Below are positions 53,301 to 64,000 of a DNA stretch of 64,000 nucleotides, piece by piece. The DNA is taken from NCBI RefSeq assembly GCF_006345805.1, contig NC_042999.1, forward strand, positions 43,276,001 through 43,340,000, written 5' to 3'. This DNA is from Octopus sinensis. Taxonomy: Eukaryota. How positions within the stretch are numbered: the first letter of the stretch is position 1; the number at the start of each line of letters is the position of its first letter. The notes beneath the pieces are model-generated. The model had not been told where the DNA came from. It saw only the letters and a list, made by a program, of their open reading frames with translations, and did not search any database. Position numbers and translations under genes: made by a program.

Positions 53301-55471
53301 TAAGCTGCTGTTTGAAATATAATTTTAAGAGGAAAATTCATTCATTCTTATGTAAAACTATAATGGAGTTTCTAATTGCAAAAATTTCCTACTATCAGTG
53401 ATGTAATTTTAGCACTTTGCACATGGGTAGTTCTGGAGTGGGTGACTGGATTTATAAGATGGGATTAAAAGTGATTAAAAGATGGGTTAGTAACGAAAGG
53501 TTAAATCTAAATATTTGCTTCGTTGGTTAATTTTCATCTTTATATTCAATATATCTAAGTATCATGCTCGTTATTCTGTTAGTTCATTGGATTTAGTTAA
53601 TGAACCAACTCCAATATTGAACCATCTTCCTTCAAATGAGAAATCCATTTCATAAAGAAAAAAGGGGAAAAAAATAACAGGTCAGAATTAATCTTTACCA
53701 CATTCTTTTATTAGTAGGAGTTTGAATGACTACGTAGGGGGATCTTTCATTGGTTCACAGCAGGTGAAGCAGATCTTATGATCAGATACAATTCAGTAGT
53801 AACCATACATTGACTTTTTTAATATCAAGACAACATGATATGCTTTCCTTCATTTTTGATGAGGTGTGCTTAAGGAAATATGGCAGCTATCTCTAGCAAA
53901 TGATTGTTGTTGCTTAGCTCCGGGTTTGCCCCGTCTGGAATAAAACCATGAACAAAGCACACCAACTATAACCATCCCATCTTGTTGTATATTAGTAACT
54001 ACATAAATTGTATATCAGGAGATTACAAAGTGTACTGTATTCCAGTAAAAGTCAAAAGGGTTTATTGAAGGAACGTGCTTGCCATCTCCAAGTATGTGAA
54101 GAGGCCTTCTCATTGGTATGCATGATTTTTTGTTGTTGTTATGATAGGTTATTATTGTTGTGATAATTCTACCCTGATCAAGTAGACCCATTATCAAAGG
54201 CACTAATGCCAACCAGCTTGTTGTTTCTCAATCCTACAAATCCTTTTAAAAAAAAGGAAGGACCATTAAGTGAGATATTAAAGATTATTTGGCATTTTAC
54301 TAACAAGTCAGATAATCATGTAGAAATTCCCTATCTTTCATTTGTGCTGTTGTTTAGTCCCAGGTAAATCTTTATTGAATAAATCCATGATCAAAAGCAT
54401 TCAAACTGTGACTACCCCCATCATTTGTTTCAAACAGACTATATGTATGTCCTTCCTTCTCTGTTTCAAGATGTTTGGGTGTGAATGAAGGAGATTTAGC
54501 TATTTCCTCCAAGAAAGCCAAACAACTGTATTGAGCATCCTTTCTAGTTCATGAGGTTAAATTTTGTTTTCAAATGTAATCATTCATCCACTAGGAATCA
54601 ATAAAATAAACATTACTATTCCTGCTAAGGTTAAAGTTGATCTGGGTTCAAGAGGAGATTTTAGACCTAATTCCTAATTCAAGTTTCCATAGTACGAATC
54701 AGATAAGAGTGGTTATATCTAATCAAAGGGATGAAAATTTAAAGACAGGTAAATTTTCCAGACCATTTTGTCATCTACTCCTGACAGCTGGCTGATTTAT
54801 CTTCATTGGGTGACTGGTTCTTTGGCTTTTGCATAAGAATTTGAAAAACCTTCATGAAACATAGCAGAAATTCTTGCAAAATTGCTAGCCTGTAACACCT
54901 CAAAACCAGTTTTCATACAACACAAGGAACTCACAGCCTTCTTGCAATATCATGCAAAAGTCACAACCTTCTTGCACTAAGACTGTTTTACAAGCCTTCA
55001 CACTGCAACATAACCATTCTTCCAACATTATGATGTAATGATCCCAGTCATCTTACAACACAAAACAATGGTCCCGCCGTTCTTGCAACACAAATCAATG
55101 GTCTCGCTCTTCTCGAAAAAATGCATTATGTTGATCTCATAAATTAAGTATAAGCGTAAATCCTAACAACTATTTCACACTTGCTCAACAACTAGCGTGT
55201 TTGTCTCCTCGTAAACAAAATCTGCCACCACTAAGTCCCCCACCCCCACTCCACCTTTCTCACCCTCTAGATAAGAAGTGTGTCACTACAGGTCACACTG
55301 GCAGATTCCAGAGTTTTAATTTACATCTCAATACCAGTCCTGTGTTGTGTGATGTGAGTAACTTACTAAAATAATCTGCTTAATTTGCTTGATAACAAAG
55401 CCAGAGAAAGGGGAGAGGAAGGGAAGGGAGAGAGAGAGATGGAAAAAGAGCATTAAACTAAGCTGGTGACA

Positions 55472-55807
55472 GTTTATAGGGAGTGATGATATCATTAGCT
55501 TACACTGAGTGGTGATATCTGTTTACAGTAAGTGGTGATCTTTACCTTACACTGAGTGGTGATATCATTAGCTTACATTTGAGTGGTGATATCCTTAGCT
55601 TACAATGAGCATTGATGTCATGAGTTTACAATGAGTATCAATATCATGAGTTTACAATGGATGCAAATATCTTTAGTTTACACTGAGTGGTGATATCCTT
55701 AATTTACAATGAATAGTAGTAGTATTTTTAGTGATATCAGTTTGCACTGAGTGGTGATTTCATTAGTTTCAGTGATAGTAATTTCAATTTGCAGTGAATG
55801 GTGATAT
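55472..55807. repeat. Degenerate ~28-bp minisatellite (ttacactgagtggtgatatcattagc)
   Basis: About a dozen diverged copies seen directly. Confidence 0.8.
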
Positions 55808-56009
55808 TGGGTTATGGTTTGTTATATCATCATCATCATCATCATCATTATCGTTTAACGTCCACTTTCCATGCTAGCATGGGTTAGTTGTAGTTCTAAG
55901 TACAGCAAAGGATATAAAAGAAGGAAAAGCAACAGGGCAATAAATTGTTGGGCATGTGCTAGTCATTCACATGGACAATCATGTAGTTCAAGGTGACACC
56001 TAAATAACT

Positions 56010-57068
56010 GACATATTATCATCAACATAAGCAAAGACAATGATCTGGAAAGAAGCAACTATGAAGGTATCAAACTGATGGCCCCCAAGTTATGAAAGCA
56101 ACAAAAAGAGCATAGGAAGAGAACTGACATATGATATCGGTTTTCAGGTTTACCACTGATGCTTTATTCTTGGTAAGTTAACTACAAGTTCTTAACTAAG
56201 ACTATGTCACAAAATCTACCTTTCTGACCAGAAAACTGCCTCTGTCCAGGTAACATACACTGTTGTACTGCAGGTAATAAGGAAACTAGGCATAGATGAA
56301 TGGTTTGTGGGAGTAAGGCAAGCCATGATGAGATGCTGTCAGCAAGATGAAAATCAGATAAGGCGTTTGTCCATCAAAGCCTAAATATCAGCCCCCTCCT
56401 GTTTATTATAATTCTCCAGGCCATAACAGTAGAGTTTAAGACCGGTTATCCACGAGAACTCCTATACACCAATAACATAGTTTTAGTAGCCAAAGCTGTT
56501 GAAGTATTAGAAAAGAAATTTCAAACATGGAAGCAAAATCTTCAATCAGGAATCCTCAAAGTAAATCTAGCAAAGGCAAACATTTTAGCAAGAGAAGAGT
56601 ATTTCTTTACTGCCCACAAGGGGCTAAACATAGAGGGGACAAACAAGGACAGATGAAGGGATTGAGTCGATTATATCGCCCCCAGTGCGAAACTGGTACT
56701 TTATTTATCGACCCCGAAAGGATGAAAGGCAAAGTCAACCTCGGCGGAATTTGAACTCAGAACGTAACGACAGATGAAATACCGCTAAGCATTTCACCCG
56801 GCGTGCTAACGTGTCTGCCAGCTCAGGATCCTACTGCCACTAGGGGATATGACCATTTGCAAGAAAACAAGTAGTCCTGAGCTCTGTACTGTATACCAAA
56901 AGCAATTTATGATTTCGTAAGTGATGCAGTGGGATCATAGACAGACTATCAGAAAAAAAAGACTTAGCATGCAACAGATACACAAAAAGTTAGCAGTAAG
57001 AGCACTCAAAGAAAACAATTCTTTCAAATGCTCAGAAGGCTCCCTAGAAGTGGTCAATAGTTTCCTCT
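56010..57068 (+). pseudogene. RTE-clade LINE reverse transcriptase fossil, split by a SINE at 56601-56824
   Basis: RKLGIDEW; ISPLLFIIILQAITVEFKTGYPRELLYTNNIVLVAK...KVNLAK (YADD decayed to YTNN). After the SINE: CSGIIDRLSEKKDLAC and KCSEGSLEVVNSF. Confidence 0.85.
56601..56824 (-). mobile_element. Family 2 SINE (tail type B) inside the RTE fossil
   Basis: Well-conserved gcctttcatcctttcggggtcgataaat core and gtgggcagtaaagaaat tail. Confidence 0.85.
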
Positions 57069-57744
57069 CCCCAACACAGATAACACTATCCTTCATTCTT
57101 TCTTTATCTTCCAAAGTTATGCAACATCTACATACAACCTGGATACCATATGCCTATCCAACACCAATTCCATTAACAGAGTCTTTGAAATGGGAATATG
57201 CTAATCTTCTCTCAACAACAAGAAAACACAAATGCTACATAAATCAAGAAAACATCATTACACTACACGAGTTGAACCCTCATGAATATTAGGCCTCACT
57301 ATCACTGAGGATCTCACCTGGTGAAGGCACATCTTTAACATCGCTAGGGTCACATCCCAACAACTGGCTCTTCTCTTCAGAGCCAAAAGATACTTCAATC
57401 CTGAATAATTAATGACTATACTACAAAGCTTGGGTGAGCTCTCACATTTGAATCAGTGCTACTACTGCACATAGACATCAAACTGTGCATCCAAATAAAG
57501 GATCAACCACAAAACTTGCATAAAGTCCCTCACAGATATTGGCTCCAACCCCTGGTTCATAAGCATACTGTCTCCTCTCTTTATCTTCTCTACAACTGGT
57601 ATTGAGTCCTCTGCTCTTCAGGGCTGCCTTAGACATATCTAACAAATTTGACCTTCCTCTTCTCATCAACCTAATGCTCAACCATTCTTAGGCCCTGCAC
57701 TAATCACTCCACCCAATCCATCTCTCCAGGAACATAGGCCCTTG

Positions 57745-57794
<50 letters not shown>

Positions 57795-57846
57795 CTCATG
57801 CATTTCCTCCAGATGTTGGCTTGCAATGGTTGAAGGGAAACATTAA
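57069..57846 (+). pseudogene. CR1/L2/Jockey-like LINE RT C-terminal fossil
   Basis: NTDNTILHSF (decayed YADDSTLH), NNKKTQ, ILGLTITEDLTW*RHIFNIARVTSQQLALLFRAKRYFNPE, LQPLVHKHTVSSLYLLY...LCSS and a frameshifted WNSL region. Confidence 0.75.
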
Positions 57847-59471
57847 TGGCACCAATTTCACTGGCTTCGGAGGACTTGTGAAGACCAGAGGTACTGACCT
57901 TTCCAACAGACACAGTAAGTAAAAACATGATGTATATGAAAGAAGAGAGGTGAGTTTTAAAAAAATGCTTTGCAATCCAAGGTGAAAAAACTGTAGAAGA
58001 GGAAAATCAAGAAAAACCTAAGAAATAGTGAAATCTATTCTAAGACACATGGCCTCGTGATCATGTATTGCAACAAGTGGTGAGATCCACAGCTGAATCC
58101 TTCAAATCAATCAAAACAAGGAAAAAAAAGTATGATTATAATGATTGAAATATGTACAAAAGAAGGAAAGGGAAATGGAGAATGTGGAACTTTCACCATT
58201 ATTAGTTTAACAATTTGTTTTCTTTCCCATGCTAAAACTTCTGCATGTGGTGGTTCTTAGTTTTTTTTGTTTTTTTCTTTTACATAATAAAGAATCAATG
58301 ATTTTTAACATAGACAAAGAGCTATATATTTAATAGGGAGAGAGAAGATGAGCTGATTTACACTGGCCCCTAGCACTCAAATAGTGTAATATTTCATCAA
58401 CACCCAGCCATATAAACCACAGTTTGTAGAAAAAAAAGTAAAAGGCATCACTGGGCCTGGCAAGATTTTAATGCAGAAATTAATGAAGTACAAAAGGAAA
58501 AGAGAGGGGGCAGTTAAATTAAGGCAATTTTTCCAAATTCCCTGCCATGTGTTATATTTAGAACAAACTATTGGATACTGCAGTCCTAAATACACTTTGC
58601 CAAAGGAATAAAAGGATTATACAGTCATAACTGGAACATTTCTGATCATATAGATCTGCTCTTAGAGTGCTAACATAATGCAAAATAACATCAACAACAG
58701 CAGCACTTTTATGAACCAAAGATCTTAAGGTGGCTACTCAACCTGCTAAAAATAGCATCCCTGTCTTCTTCAAATCACTCCTACAGCTTGTTTATTAAGA
58801 GAGAGAGAAAGAGAAAATGAGGTTGTCATTTCTGAAGCACTCTTTATTCATAGGTCTGCTCTAATGGAGCTGACACAGGGCTAAACAGCACAGCAACAAT
58901 AACAAAGTAAGTAAACCAAGCTGGTAGCAGATGTCACATTAGTAGGAAAAAAAAAAAGTTTAAGTGAGTTCCAATGGAGAGAGAGAAAAATTAACATCAA
59001 CAGTGATTTCCAAAACTGCGATGTGTCTGTCCTTCACCTTCCTGTTTTGTTCACGGAGGGGGGGGGGATTAATTATTGGTTCTGTTCTACTTCAGATTCT
59101 TTTTTTTTTGCTTTATTTTGTTTACTGACATTCCCCCTCTCACCCCACCAAAAACAACTGAGAAATTTCAATACATATTACTCTATCAACATCCATCAAT
59201 TCTAACAGTCAGTCAGTCTCTCTCTTTCTTTCTCTATCTCTCCTTCTAGTCTTGGGTTGATCACCCATATATACATATGTAACATGTCTTTATATCTTCA
59301 TCAGTTTCAGACAACTAGATTTACTGTAATTCTATCATATACATAAACATACACACACACACACAGCTATTTATGTCAGTTAAACACACCCTCTCTTTCA
59401 CACATACACATATTGTCGTGTACATACATATGGCCTAATTATCTCATGCACACACACACATACACAGATTG

Positions 59472-59534
<63 letters not shown>

Positions 59535-60135
59535 ACATCTAGGGCACTGTCTTAATATAGAAACACAAGCATGTGAATCAAAGGAAACTCTACATGATTA
59601 CTCAATCTGCTAGAAATAACACCCAAATCTTAATCACACTCTACCTCCATAGGACACATTGGATAACGAAGTCACAGACACACATAGAAGACAGGATGGT
59701 TATAGAGGAAATGCCTTAGATCATAGCCTGCTCAATCACAGCTGACCTGGGGCTAAACAAAGACAACATACAGAACTATATATGCACAAACATGCATATA
59801 CACAAATTCTGTTATACACTAATTCCATTTCATGTACACACACACACACACATGCAGACACATCACTTGTTTTCCTTTTTACCCTCCCTTCTTCTTCTCT
59901 CGTGTACATACAGATGAAAACTTCTCCCTTGCTATCTTTCAATTCTGGCAGATGACAGAGCAAGTACCAATCGAGACAGAACATCCAAACCAATAATAAC
60001 AACAATAACAATAATAAACAATTCCAATAATGCAAAACAAAACAAAAAAGATTAAAAAAATAAAACAAAAACAGATGGAATCAATCAATTTGGTCAAAGA
60101 AATGATGCCAAAGCCGATGCCATTAATATACTGAC

Positions 60136-60335
60136 CTGGACCAACATGACTAGATTTTCTTCACACAGTAAAAAAGCTCCCCACGCTGTCGTAGAAGAGA
60201 CACACACATATACAGAGAAATATCACACAGAAGATGAGAGAAAAAGAGTAACAGAAAAATCCCCGGCAGAGGAAAGATTCCTACCAAACTGGTTGTCATG
60301 GTATCCAAAAGCAGTGGTAGTAGGAAAAATTTCTG
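60136..60335 (-). other. Candidate exon with NAGNAG acceptor, 5' UTR and possible start ATG TTG GTC CAG (MLVQ)
   Basis: A long polypyrimidine tract ...ttcttgttcgttcttctag|cag precedes it, the donor is CAG|GTCAGT, and CpGs are locally retained. Confidence 0.4.
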
Positions 60336-60817
60336 CTAGAAGAACGAACAAGAACACGTGAATGTAGATGAAAAGGGAGAGAGAGAGACACAGAGAGAGA
60401 GCGAAACAGAGGGAGGGAGGGCTCTCACAGTGATGACGAAGAGATGGAATAAGAGAAGGCGCAAAGAGACACTATTTCTTGTTCATTAACGAGAGGTGGT
60501 GGGAGATACGAATTAAAACAACTGGGTTTGACTGTAGATTGAAGAATTTAATAACAACAACAGCATCAATAACAACAGGAACTAAAGTTAAAAGGCAGGG
60601 ATGGAGCTGAAACAACAACAAACAAGATTGTTGAAAAATGACACTTAGGACTGATTTTTTTAACATACACATTCATATAATATTTGTATGTGTATATAAA
60701 CATTGCATTGTGTATATATAGATATACAATTTATACATAAATATTATATAATACATACATACATGTCTGCCTGAGTGTGTGCATGTAGGATATGCCACAT
60801 AAATATATCTATATCTA

Positions 60818-60871
<54 letters not shown>

Positions 60872-61233
60872 ATACGTTTATATACTATGTAATATTGGTT
60901 ACATATACATTAGGATAGAGATATCTGAAATGTACAAAAGGAAGAGAGAGGTGCTAAGCTGTGATGTTGATGGCATTCCCAAAAGAACTAGCAGACAATA
61001 TAACTGAAGTGAAGTGACATAAAATAACCTGGGAAGTTAAAACCGAAGCCTTGAACTTGGTTTTCCAAGGAGCTTCCCTCCACTCACTGACACTCAATGT
61101 GCATCATCATCATCAATAATAATAATGATAATAATAATAATTTTGTTAAGGTAGAATGTAGTAGTGATAAAAACATTTAGTATACTTTATAGTATATTTT
61201 GATTGCATAACAAAGTATCACATACCTACAAAT

Positions 61234-61275
<42 letters not shown>

Positions 61276-62854
61276 TAATAAAAATCCTATCTACTATAGG
61301 CACTGAAATTTGGGAGGGGGGATAGTCAATTACATCGAACCCAGTACTCAACTGGTACTTATTTTATCAACACCGAAAGGATAAATGGTAAAGTCAACCT
61401 CGGCATAATTTGAACTCAGAATGTAAGGATGGACAAAATTCTACTAAGCATTTTGCCCCAACATGCTAATGATTCTGCCAGCTTTCCACTCTACATAATA
61501 ACAACAACAATAATAGTAATTATTATTATAATCATTATTAATTATTACTACAAGTCTTTTTTTTTTTTTGTAAGAACAAGGCTTGAAATTGGATTCGGGT
61601 GGACTGATCACTTACATCAAACCCAGTGCTTAAGTGGTCCTTTATTTTATCAATCCCAAAAAGGATGCAAGGCAGCGTTGACCTCAGTAGTATTTGAAGT
61701 AAGAATGTAAAAAGCTGGAGCAAATACCACAAAGTAGTTAGTTTGTGATGCTCTAACAATTTTAAGTAATAATACTGGTAATTCCTTATAATTTTGGTGC
61801 AAGGCCAGCAATTTTGAGGGGAAGGGGAACCAATTATAGTGAGCCCTTGTATTCGACTGGGCGGTCAGTGGTACTTTATTCTATCAATTCCAAAAGGATG
61901 AAAGGTAATATTGCCCTTGGCATGATTTGAGCTCAATACATGAGGTGTCATATGAAATGCCGTTAACCCAATGCCAATAATGCTTCTAAGTGATTTAATA
62001 ACATGGTACTTTGAAATGTGGGAATATATAACTGATAATATCACACCAGCACTTGAAACTTATTTTATCGATCACTGAAGGATACAGTTGACTCCAGTGA
62101 GATTCGAACATAGAAAGTAAAAGGGCTACAAGAAAATATCTTTTATTTGCCAACAGGGGTTCACAAAAGGGAAACATTACAAAGACAGTTTTACATACAA
62201 AAGAGGAATAAAAAGAAGAAAAAAAAATGGCACTACCACCACCATCATCATCATCCCAACCAAGAAATAATGCCTCATCATACTCTGAAGGTAAAATTCC
62301 CCACACAAACCAAAGTTCTCATCAGACCATTTCATTAGAATTAATAAACCAACAACAACCAAGTTATATTGTCTTATATGCACCAGTGACTGTTTTATGT
62401 TTTTGTTTGTTTTTTTTTAAGTACATATTAGGAACTGATACAACTCTTGCAACCATCATCAGCACCATCCATGGAGATTTTTCTCCTTTACCCCCCCCCC
62501 ACCCACCAGCTTTTCTTGTAAATGTCTTGGCCAGGCACACAGAGTATTATCAACTACCTACCCACCCATGCCATGCAACAAACAAAGACCTTTGCCTTCC
62601 ACACTTACTACCCACCCCACAGACATGAACCCTCAATACCACCACCACCACTTCTTACACCCACCCTCTATCAGGGTCTGCTAATCCCAACTCACACAAA
62701 AACAAACCAACCATCCAACAGACAGCCGCCACCATCATCACTATAACGACAACAATAACTATTTATGGTGGGTTTAGCATAAATGCAATAACCCTTGCCT
62801 TTACTGTCATGCTCCTTTTTTTTTTTGTGGGTAGGGGTCTTGGAGAAAACTTAC

Positions 62855-63000
62855 ACATATACAAGCTGAATGATGATATATATATATATATACACGCACA
62901 CATGCACCTATACATCGACATACACGCAGAATAGATATAGAGAGGAAGGATGGTAGAGGAAGGTGATAGAGAAAATGTGTAACATTTTTCTGTAGGAAAA
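62855..63000 (-). other. Candidate non-coding first exon (start approximate)
   Basis: Lies just downstream (minus strand) of the X-box/CCAAT module and ends at a GTAAGT donor (plus-strand acttac 62849-62854). Confidence 0.3.
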
Positions 63001-63019
63001 CACCAGCAGCAGGCAGGCA

Positions 63020-63069
63020 CCAATCGGTTGCTATGGTAACAGATACACAAGTCAGCATCTCCTAGCAAT
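63020..63069. promoter_or_regulatory. CCAAT plus RFX X-box promoter-like module
   Basis: ccaat (63020-63024) lies 2 nt from gttgctatggtaac (63027-63040), with a second weaker X-box atctcctagcaat at 63057-63069. Confidence 0.6.
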
Positions 63070-63549
63070 GTAACTCTCTCAATGACAAGCTTGTTTTATT
63101 TTCCACAAGATTTATTCTTTTCAGTCTCCTGTTCACTAAACGGCTCTTTCACTCCTTTCTCTAAATAGCCTCCCCCACCCCCCTGCATCATGTCGCTTTC
63201 TACCTCTCTATTTACACTCCCTAATTCACCTATCACCACCAGCAATACCAACAGTAATAACATTAAAAAAGAAAAAAACACCACCTCCCCACTGGTACCC
63301 TCGACTTGCTAGAAATATCAGCCAAATCTTCAACAGCCTTAAAGACAGAAACAATGCAGTGTGTTTGTGTGTGTGAACATACATGTGAGAGTGTGCATGT
63401 GTTAACTCAATATTTAAGCACTAATATTTATAACTTTATCTGTTTCAAGGTTCACCGTTCCAAAAAGGAATTTTATATATCTGTGTGTGTGTGCGTATAT
63501 ATATATATCATCATCGTTTAACGTCCGTTCTCCATGCTAGCATGGGTTG

Positions 63550-63621
<72 letters not shown>

Positions 63622-63755
63622 TTTATCGCAATTTGACTTGTTTATATATATATATATATTATATATATATATATCTTCTTTCCTGAGTGTCCAATAATAC
63701 TTTATTTGTTCCATGTCCTTGCGTTGTTTTTTTGTTTTTGTTTTCTTGTTTGGAT

Positions 63756-63813
<58 letters not shown>

Positions 63814-64000
63814 AATACATACATATACACTTATGAATTTGTGTTGTAAGATTCCTGAAGTGAAACGGTGTGTTGAAACATATTGTATCTCGAGATGGTC
63901 TTTTTGGGGTTTTTTTAGTTTTTTTGCCAAATAAACACACGGATATATTTGTTCTTCACTGTTCTTATTCTAACTCATGTCCATTGTCTGAAAATCTTTC

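Noticed and set aside
57899-57990. 92-nt open minus-strand exon candidate (FFHLGLQSIFLKLT...)
   Set aside because: Its phase-2 end would put a stop in the 24-nt exon, and it is pyrimidine-rich sequence abutting a LINE end. Kept only as a possibility.
63840-63900. Hammerhead-like ctgaagt...gaaac...gta motif
   Set aside because: The core reads CTGAAGT rather than CTGANGA, and stems I and II do not pair. At most a decayed Penelope-like end.

Overview
AT-rich, microsatellite-dense animal genomic DNA. The SINE and MITE repertoire looks like that of octopus (a pattern-recognition inference, not a database match). No intact long protein-coding ORF is present; almost every ORF in the supplied track is a translation of simple repeats. 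The window is mostly transposon-derived. It holds at least five SINE families, TTAA-specific piggyBac-type MITEs (several nested) and a piggyBac transposase fossil. It also holds a palindromic mariner derivative, a hAT-like MITE, a non-autonomous Helitron, and RTE and CR1/L2-like LINE fossils. Beyond the repeats, five things stand out. (1) A structurally complete minimal type I hammerhead ribozyme at 1261-1303 lies inside a Penelope-like inverted-repeat element. (2) Several strong RFX X-box motifs occur, some paired with each other or with CCAAT boxes (4355-4420, 13448-13511, 63020-63069). (3) A speculative minus-strand gene may start near 63000, with a chain of very small candidate exons (24, 30, 12, 30 and 6 nt). 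(4) One SINE subfamily appears to stack head-to-tail in (ATT)n tracts, while a sister subfamily with a different 3' tail does not. (5) A patchwork segment at 52382-52940 is built from nearby sequence blocks. Exon and promoter calls are predictions from sequence only.
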